Source of the DNA: a virus
Lineage: Duplodnaviria; Caudoviricetes
IMG/VR virus record: IMGVR_UViG_3300044580_000088
Location: 1-40,766 of that record
Length of the DNA stretch: 40,766 nt
Direction: 5' to 3' (one strand)
Positions 35,423-40,766 of the stretch are shown one piece after another. The position numbers and the translations under genes were made by a program. Below the pieces are notes generated by a model. The model was not told the DNA's origin and did no database searches. It worked only from the letters and a program-made list of their open reading frames with translations. Every line of letters begins with the position of its first letter. Position 1 is the first letter of the stretch.

Positions 35423-36231
35423 TGATTCTCCTCCCTCATTTTCCGCTCGGCCAGGCGTCTCAGGCGTTGCTCGTCAGAGTCGGCCTCCGTAATGATCTCG
35501 TCTTCCCAGCCTTTGGCGTTGAGCCATGTTGCTGGGTGCGGGATGTACCTTCCGCCTTCTCTAGTCCACTCGTCCGATGTCTTGGCCTGCCCTATTTTGG
35601 CGATCATTGCCGCTAAGAGCTGCTCGTCGGGATTGATTTTCGAGAACGCTTTTTCTGCTTGGCCCCTGGATTTCTTTTTCGGGTACGCGGTCCAGAATTT
35701 TTCGAACAGGGGGTTTGGTTGCGCGTCCGCGGCGCGGCGGCGCGGCGGACTGTGTGTTGGTGATGGTGATGGTGATGGTACTGGGGATGGTGTTGGTAAG
35801 GGGTTGCGGTTTTGCCGCGATTCGTCCGTCACTTGGTTGTCACTTGGTTGACAAATGGTTGCGTTTCCGTTGCACTCCGGATAAGTGCTTGCTTTGTAAC
35901 GGTCTTTTCTAATTAGCTGATGATTCTCATTGTCGATGACCTGAATAAAACGCTCTCCGTCTACCTCGTACCACTGGATCAGGCCGACCTTTCCAAGCTC
36001 GAAAAGCATGGAGCCAATCTCGTCTACCGTCAGTCCCTCATTTGGGAGGATGTTTGCCAGTATCCAGAGGGGTTCACCGCGCAGTCTGCCGTCGTCGTCG
36101 GTCCACGGTATCAACCAACTGTAAACCAGATGACAACCAACCCGAAACCATTTGTCACCCCGAACGCAGCGAATCTTCCGCGATGTGCTGATGCTAGACC
36201 ATAACAGCCTGTATTGTTCGTCTCGTGCCAT
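35419..36231 (-). CDS. Phage replication initiator (replisome organiser-like)
   Basis: DDDGRL N-terminal wHTH; C-terminal FEKFWTAYPKK...YIPHPATWLN..WEDE; central iterons. Confidence 0.85.
   Translation of the reverse strand: MARDEQYRLLWSSISTSRKIRCVRGDKWFRVGCHLVYSWLIPWTDDDGRLRGEPLWILANILPNEGLTVDEIGSMLFELGKVGLIQWYEVDGERFIQVIDNENHQLIRKDRYKASTYPECNGNATICQPSDNQVTDESRQNRNPLPTPSPVPSPSPSPTHSPPRRRAADAQPNPLFEKFWTAYPKKKSRGQAEKAFSKINPDEQLLAAMIAKIGQAKTSDEWTREGGRYIPHPATWLNAKGWEDEIITEADSDEQRLRRLAERKMREENQ
35830..35862. repeat. Three 11-bp direct repeats, candidate origin iterons
   Basis: CACTTGGTTGT / CACTTGGTTGA / CAAATGGTTGC in the initiator linker. Confidence 0.65.
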
Positions 36232-36312
36232 GATCTTCTCGAACCCCCTGCGGGCTCCCTGAAAATTTTAGCGGCGGGCCCCGGTCAGGATCCGGGGCTT
36301 TCGGTTGCTACC

Positions 36313-36669
36313 CTAGCCGCGTTTCGTTACTCCCCACATCTCGTCGAAGGCGTGCCCCTTGTTGCCGTCCTCTACCTCCACGTCCGATCGGTCCAGGGGT
36401 CCGCCGGGGTGGTCGAGGTGCCCCATCACATGCTCGATTGCCCTTGAGATGCCACCCGGGATGATGCCCTTTTTCTCGCACTCGCATTCCCCGTCGCCCC
36501 ATACCTGGCGACAGGCGCAATGGTGTGTGTGGCCATCGGAAATAAGCCGCGATATTTCGGCCTGATCCCTCTCGCCCTCGTCAATGCAGGACTGGCACAT
36601 TTGAGACTTTGGGGCACACGGAGCGTTCCAGCACATCCGGCACGGTGGCGGTGTCCGCTTGCGTTTCAT
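36313..36669 (-). CDS. Cys-rich hypothetical protein
   Basis: CRMC, CQSC, HHCAC...CEC. Confidence 0.65.
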   Translation of the reverse strand: MKRKRTPPPCRMCWNAPCAPKSQMCQSCIDEGERDQAEISRLISDGHTHHCACRQVWGDGECECEKKGIIPGGISRAIEHVMGHLDHPGGPLDRSDVEVEDGNKGHAFDEMWGVTKRG

Positions 36670-36854
36670 TTTCTCATCTCCCCGTAAACCTGCCTTTCGG
36701 CGGCGAGCATGGCGCCGCGGATCTCGGCCCGCTTCTCCCGGTCGATCCGGGCCCGGATGTCGAAACCGATGTCCTTCGCCAGTTCCTTGCGGAACGCCTC
36801 AGCAAAAGACTGAATCATCCGCTCGCGGTCGATCGCTTTCTGTGATCGGGTCAT
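36666..36854 (-). CDS. Hypothetical protein
   Basis: ATGA-coupled; MTRSQKAIDRE. Confidence 0.6.
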   Translation of the reverse strand: MTRSQKAIDRERMIQSFAEAFRKELAKDIGFDIRARIDREKRAEIRGAMLAAERQVYGEMRK

Positions 36855-37255
36855 GTGCTCACCTTCACGATGGTTTTCGCCTCGGCCCCGTATCGTTTTC
36901 GGGCCGTGATCTCGCAAATCTGCCGGTCATCCTCGAATAAAATCCCGTTGGCCGAGTCCAAAACGTGTTTGATGAGGTTGTCGATGTCGGGCTTTTTTGT
37001 GTGCAGGGGGATAATCAGCAGGGCCTCACGCTTCTTCTGCGACAGAGAGGCCGGGATAGGCATGTAAAAGGTCATGTCGAGGGCCACGGCATTAGCGCAC
37101 GGCTTCTGCCCGTTCATGGCTTTGGCGATGTGCCACATGGTTTTTGATTCCTCGGACTCCTGGGGATTGTAGGCCCCGACGTGCTTGCCCCGCACGAAAA
37201 AACGCGGCCGCTTTTTACTGACGGGAATACCGGGAATGATTATTTCCATGCTCAT
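36851..37255 (-). CDS. rusA: RusA-family Holliday junction resolvase
   Basis: KKRPRF, KPDIDNLIKHVLDSANG, EDDRQICEI. Confidence 0.9.
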   Translation of the reverse strand: MSMEIIIPGIPVSKKRPRFFVRGKHVGAYNPQESEESKTMWHIAKAMNGQKPCANAVALDMTFYMPIPASLSQKKREALLIIPLHTKKPDIDNLIKHVLDSANGILFEDDRQICEITARKRYGAEAKTIVKVST

Positions 37256-37446
37256 GCCTTCCTCATCTCGGCCAGGGCCCTGGTCAACTCCATCGACTGC
37301 CGGCGCAGGGCAGCTGTGTCGGGCGTGCCGAACATCCATGCACTTCTCGCCGGTTCCGAGGGGTCCGTCACATCAAGGACGACCTTTGCCCGCCTGACGA
37401 ATTCCTCGGCCTCGCGCTTTGCTTTACGGATCGTGGTAAGGTTCAT
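37252..37446 (-). CDS. Hypothetical protein
   Basis: MNLTTIRKA...AALRRQSMELTRALAEMRK; ATGA-coupled. Confidence 0.65.
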   Translation of the reverse strand: MNLTTIRKAKREAEEFVRRAKVVLDVTDPSEPARSAWMFGTPDTAALRRQSMELTRALAEMRKA

Positions 37447-37580
37447 TTTACCCTCCTGATCCTCCCCATCTTCTCGGCCTCGTCGTCGGCGTCGGAGGCC
37501 ACTGAGAGCCAGGACCAGACGATAAACATTGCTAGGGTCCACACGATCAGGATGATGTTCATAGTGGAGAGGTCAATCAT
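37443..37580 (-). CDS. Small membrane protein
   Basis: Single TM then ASDADD; ATGA-coupled. Confidence 0.55.
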   Translation of the reverse strand: MIDLSTMNIILIVWTLAMFIVWSWLSVASDADDEAEKMGRIRRVK

Positions 37581-37834
37581 GGCAGTACCTCGCACTTCCT
37601 GCACTTTGCCAGCGCCAGCCACTCGTCGGATAGAATGGGCATGGTGCCGAGCTTGGTTGTTTTTTTGGCTTTCATCGCCCGCGCGTGCCGTGCCTTGCAT
37701 GCCTTGACCGTCATGGTGCATGCGTAGGGTTCGCACTCGATCATGCGGTGCCGCCGCTTCCAGGCCCGGATTTTCGCCTCGTCCGTCCCGGGCCGGATGG
37801 GGTGCTTGTAGATGGGGAGGTCGATGCTGGTCAT
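37577..37834 (-). CDS. Cys-containing hypothetical protein
   Basis: C...C...C and CRKC. Confidence 0.6.
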   Translation of the reverse strand: MTSIDLPIYKHPIRPGTDEAKIRAWKRRHRMIECEPYACTMTVKACKARHARAMKAKKTTKLGTMPILSDEWLALAKCRKCEVLP

Positions 37835-37842
37835 GCGTTCAC

Positions 37843-38211
37843 CTACTCAATCTTTGATTTCTGAACGCAGGCTTTCAGGTAAGCCTCAATCTGCCGAATG
37901 TCCGGCTCCGTCCTGCCGTGCTCCCACCCGCTGATCACCGAGACATCGACGCCGATGGCTTTCGACATCTCCCTGAGCGTGATCTGTGCTGTGCAGCGGA
38001 TTGTGTGGAGGGACTCTGCAAGGGGGGTTCGGTTGGTGAGCTTCGGCATGATCGCCTTGATGGCTTCCTGCCGTTCATCCCATTCGTCTGCCGTCAATGG
38101 CCGGATGTACTCACAGCAGTTTGAGCAGTTGACCGAGCCCATGGAACAGACAAACAGTGCGCCTTTCTCGTGGCACTTCGGACACTCTTCGTTTCTGATG
38201 TCTGACAGCAT
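37843..38211 (-). CDS. Zn-ribbon plus XRE HTH protein
   Basis: CPKC...CSNC, then TLREMSKAIGVDVSVISGWEHGRTEP. Confidence 0.8.
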   Translation of the reverse strand: MLSDIRNEECPKCHEKGALFVCSMGSVNCSNCCEYIRPLTADEWDERQEAIKAIMPKLTNRTPLAESLHTIRCTAQITLREMSKAIGVDVSVISGWEHGRTEPDIRQIEAYLKACVQKSKIE

Positions 38212-38271
38212 GAAACAGGCTCCTGGTGCGGTCTGGCGGGTTATTTATTAAATTATAATTTCTTTCCTTTG

Positions 38272-38466
38272 CTACTCTTCGCCGTTTCCCGTAGGCTTGT
38301 TCCCACGCAGGCCATAGAGAGCAAAATAGACAAGCTCCGAGATCATGGCCGAACGGTCGGGCACAGGGAAGCGCCGGGAACGCAACTCGTCCACAGCCTC
38401 TAAAAGTTCACACTCCGCACTCCACGAAACGACTTCCTTCGCTACTCCGTTTTTCGGTCTCGCCAT
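38272..38466 (-). CDS. Ribbon-helix-helix-like regulator
   Basis: VVSWS strand, ELLEAVDEL helix, DRSAMISEL helix; SD GGAGG. Confidence 0.65.
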   Translation of the reverse strand: MARPKNGVAKEVVSWSAECELLEAVDELRSRRFPVPDRSAMISELVYFALYGLRGNKPTGNGEE

Positions 38467-38515
38467 GCTACCTCCGCCCCATGTGCCGCTTCCCCAAGCG
38501 GCGGATTGTCTCTCT

Positions 38516-38689
38516 CTACTTGTGTCCGTAAAATTGGGCGATCTTCTCCCACGTCGGGATCGACCCGGATGTCCGCCCCCTAACAATGCGGAACAGGGTC
38601 GTGTATTGGAGTCCGATCTGTTTTGACACCCGATAAATGGATGTCCGGCTGATGTCTCTATTCAGTTTTCGCATTAGTTTTGTTCTCAT
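38516..38689 (-). CDS. Cro-like HTH protein (57 aa)
   Basis: Not in the track. MRTKLMRKLNRDISRTSIYRVSKQIGLQYTTLFRIVRGRTSGSIPTWEKIAQFYGHK; divergent from the repressor. Confidence 0.85.
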   Translation of the reverse strand: MRTKLMRKLNRDISRTSIYRVSKQIGLQYTTLFRIVRGRTSGSIPTWEKIAQFYGHK

Positions 38690-38698
38690 AGCGGGGCC

Positions 38699-38729
38699 AT
38701 TATATGCATGGATGCATAGATTCTGTCAA
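38699..38729 (-). promoter_or_regulatory. Leftward lytic promoter with overlapping operator
   Basis: TTGACA-19-TATAAT; dyad TATGCA-TGGA-TGCATA at 38703-38718. Confidence 0.8.
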
Positions 38730-38766
38730 ATGTTTTTTCCACACAATCCACCGGTGCAAAATAACT

Positions 38767-38790
38767 AATGCTATTATGCATGTATGGAAG
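38767..38790 (+). promoter_or_regulatory. Extended -10 repressor promoter with degenerate operators
   Basis: TG-C-TATTAT at 38769-38777; operator-like AATGCT-ATTA-TGCATG and TATGCA-TGTA-TGGAAG. Confidence 0.55.
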
Positions 38791-39098
38791 CGATGGCTCG
38801 TAGATTGGTAGAGTTGATGAACCGCGATTCCCTGAACGCTACGGCGCTGGGGAAAAAGACCGGCGTTGCTCAGTCAACAATCAACCGGTGGCTGAACGCA
38901 GTCACGAAGCCGGAGCTTGAGAGCATCGAAAAGGTGGCTTCCTACTTCGATGTCCCTGCCGAATACTTCATTTGCAAAGACGAGAAAAAGGCAAAGATTT
39001 ACCTGATGTTGCACGACATGACGTCGAAAGAACTGGACGACTCTCTTTTTCACTTTCAGAAAGAAAAACTCTGGAAAGACAGTAAGCGCACCGCCTAA
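38784..39098 (+). CDS. CI-like XRE-family repressor (no S24 peptidase domain)
   Basis: NATALGKKTGVAQSTINRWLN...P...KVASYFDVPAEY. Confidence 0.85.
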   Translation: MEAMARRLVELMNRDSLNATALGKKTGVAQSTINRWLNAVTKPELESIEKVASYFDVPAEYFICKDEKKAKIYLMLHDMTSKELDDSLFHFQKEKLWKDSKRTA

Positions 39099-39193
39099 AG
39101 AAAAATTTCCCATATCGTTTTCGGCCAAATCCCCACATCACTTTACAAAAATCTACTATCTCCCCCTTCAGAAATTTTCCCTTTGAACGAAAA

Positions 39194-39246
39194 TATGCAT
39201 GTACGCATTTTTTTCTTGACAACGTATATGCAGCTATGCATATAAT
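39194..39246 (+). promoter_or_regulatory. Rightward early promoter with two operators
   Basis: TTGACA(39216)-19-TATAAT(39241); operators at 39194-39209 and 39227-39242. Confidence 0.8.
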
Positions 39247-39405
39247 CGGGCCGTCAACGATGTTCTTTTCAGCCCCCCCCCTCTCGGGAATCAGACTGGC
39301 CTAGCGATAACGGACGGATGGCTGGCAAGGAGATACGGAGGCAGGGGCGAACGGACCAGGAAACGGGGAGGGCGCGCGCCCTCCCCCAACAACAGGAGGT
39401 GAGAA

Positions 39406-39669
39406 ATGCACGACATCACGATCAGGAAAGTGAATCAGGGTTGGATTGCAACGGTAGGCTGCCAGACGGTTGTTTTCACCGACAAGGAGAGGATGATTAA
39501 TGCGTTTGGCGACTACGTGCGGGATGAGAAGGCCGCGCAGGAGAAGTGGCTGGACACGCCGGATCGTCCGCAAGTAGCCCCGAACGCCGAACATGGATTC
39601 CGTGAGCCTCGCGGCCTTGCCGCGTTGACTCCCGACACCCAATGCGGACAGGCAACAACCAGCAGATAG
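39406..39669 (+). CDS. Early hypothetical protein
   Basis: SD AGGAGGTG; ITIRKVNQGWIATVGCQTVVF. Confidence 0.75.
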   Translation: MHDITIRKVNQGWIATVGCQTVVFTDKERMINAFGDYVRDEKAAQEKWLDTPDRPQVAPNAEHGFREPRGLAALTPDTQCGQATTSR

Positions 39670-39766
39670 CCCTCAACCCGCTTCCATTGGGAACGGGCAG
39701 TTAGGGCATGAGAACAGTTGCGGGGCGGCGCACAACTCCTTGACCGAGCCGCCATTCCGGTCAGGG
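39669..39766 (+). ncRNA. Candidate structured RNA with complementary loops
   Basis: Three hairpins; loops GGCGGC and GCCGCC are complementary. Confidence 0.4.
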
Positions 39767-39782
39767 AAAGGACGGTAGGGGG

Positions 39783-40091
39783 ATGAACCACACGAAGGAC
39801 TGTATGAAGCCGATCAACATGGCCGATTTCGCACAGCGCGTCTGCATGAGGACGGGAAGCGTCACGGAGGCCGAGCATCGCGCCCTTCGCTCGATTGAGC
39901 CAAGCCCCTATGAGAGCTTGGCCTGGACCACGGCGCTTGCGATTGTCAGGGAGCGCATGGCGGTGGCGCAGGAACGCGCGGCGGACATGAGCGTGTTCCC
40001 CGCTGACTACGACTCCCGCGCCTACGCAGAGGGACGGTACCACGCCCTGCGGGACTGCCTGGAAGAGATGGAAGAAAGGGGGAAGTCGTGA
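39783..40091 (+). CDS. Early hypothetical protein
   Basis: 102 aa; GTGA-coupled to the next gene. Confidence 0.6.
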   Translation: MNHTKDCMKPINMADFAQRVCMRTGSVTEAEHRALRSIEPSPYESLAWTTALAIVRERMAVAQERAADMSVFPADYDSRAYAEGRYHALRDCLEEMEERGKS

Positions 40092-40297
40092 AGCTGAAGG
40101 GCACGCTCGACATCGAGGAAAAACAGTCAATCATGGATGACGGTGCTGTCTACGACTGGTGCATCTACCTCGATGGAGAAGATGCCCCGTGGATCGAGGA
40201 CGGTACCGGATACCCTACCCAGGCCGACGCGCTGAAGCAGGCAAAGAAGTGGGGAAAGAGGCTCAACATCGAATTACGAGAGGGGAAGAGGCCATGA
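40088..40297 (+). CDS. Early hypothetical protein
   Basis: GYPTQADALKQAKKW; overlap-coupled. Confidence 0.65.
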   Translation: MKLKGTLDIEEKQSIMDDGAVYDWCIYLDGEDAPWIEDGTGYPTQADALKQAKKWGKRLNIELREGKRP

Positions 40298-40467
40298 ACG
40301 ACCTCCGCTCTATCTGTAGTTGGTGCCAGCGCGAAATGAACCTCAGGCCTCAAGAGGGCGAGACGCACACGATCTGCCGCCGTCACAAGGCCCAGTTGGA
40401 GGCCGAGGCCCTGCGGCTCAGGAACATCTACGCGGTGGAGGATGCGATGAGTAAGGAGGGGAGATGA
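40294..40467 (+). CDS. Small Zn-binding protein
   Basis: ICSWC...THTICRRH; ATGA-coupled. Confidence 0.65.
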   Translation: MNDLRSICSWCQREMNLRPQEGETHTICRRHKAQLEAEALRLRNIYAVEDAMSKEGR

Positions 40468-40766
40468 AAATCGAGATTAAGCACCGAATCACGGGCAGAG
40501 TCCTTTTTTCACTCGAAACGGAATCATTGAAACTCTGTGTCGAGGCGGCTGTAAGGTCAATAGCAGACCTCAGGGGCGCAGACCTCAGGGGCGCATACCT
40601 CAGGGACGCAGACCTCAGGGACGCAGACCTCAGGGACGCATACCTCAGGGACGCAGACCTCAGGGACGCATACCTCGGGGGCGCATACCTCGGGGGCGCA
40701 TACCTCAGGGACGCAGACCTCAGGGGCGCATACCTCAGGGACGCAGACCTCAGGGACGCAGACCTC
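40464..40766 (+). CDS. Pentapeptide-repeat protein (runs off window)
   Basis: Not in the track. SD AAGGAGG; [15 protein letters not shown]...EAAVRSI then A[DY]L[RG][DG] repeats. Confidence 0.92.
   Translation, partial: MKIEIKHRITGRVLFSLETESLKLCVEAAVRSIADLRGADLRGAYLRDADLRDADLRDAYLRDADLRDAYLGGAYLGGAYLRDADLRGAYLRDADLRDADL
40563..40766 (+). repeat. 15-bp coding minisatellite, at least 13 units
   Basis: GCA[G/T]ACCTC[A/G]GGG[A/G]C tandem array. Confidence 0.95.

Larger units (their letters stand above)
1..40766. mobile_element. Temperate podovirus-like phage/prophage, partial at both ends
   Basis: Terminase, portal, scaffold, major capsid, adaptor, ejection proteins, lysis genes, replication initiator, RusA and a CI/Cro-type switch in phage order. 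No tape measure or sheath gene seen. Confidence 0.96.

Noticed and set aside
38240-38270. AT-rich palindrome AATTATAATT as a PRE-like promoter
   Set aside because: No recognisable -35 or activator repeat on either strand; unsupported
38272-38586. Track ORF of 104 aa starting at TTG
   Set aside because: Its upstream part overlaps cro in another frame; the probable start is ATG 38466 with an SD
40563-40766. CRISPR-like appearance of the repeat array
   Set aside because: No spacers; the units are contiguous and encode pentapeptides
1-40766. Genome-wide stop-codon reassignment
   Set aside because: TerL, portal, MCP and the giant gene are uninterrupted under code 11, and all three stops are used

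Overview
The whole window is one temperate, short-tailed (podovirus-like) tailed phage or prophage, GC-rich, cut at both edges. I see no host genes, integrase, tRNA, CRISPR array or reverse transcriptase. At the right end is a lambda-like switch: an XRE repressor, a 57-aa Cro missed by the ORF track, two promoters with 19-bp spacers and TATGCA-N4-TGCATA operators. A short rightward early operon ends in a pentapeptide-repeat gene. The long leftward operon runs: RusA, replication initiator with iterons, terminase, about 8 kb of adhesin-like and lysis genes, portal, scaffold, Mu gpT-like major capsid, adaptor/tail, ejection proteins, a 3275-aa polyvalent ejection protein, and a fibre with adenovirus-like triple beta-spiral repeats. 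The most unusual element is the 3275-aa protein. By motif reading it combines a lytic transglycosylase, a mini beta-clamp retaining only peptide-pocket motifs, a PRTase, an HExxH peptidase and a DUF1848-like Cys-cluster (radical-SAM-type) domain, with a recurring [KD]YA[TI]R linker at three of the domain borders. Two candidate structured RNAs are also flagged. All domain calls come from reading motifs by eye; no database search was run.
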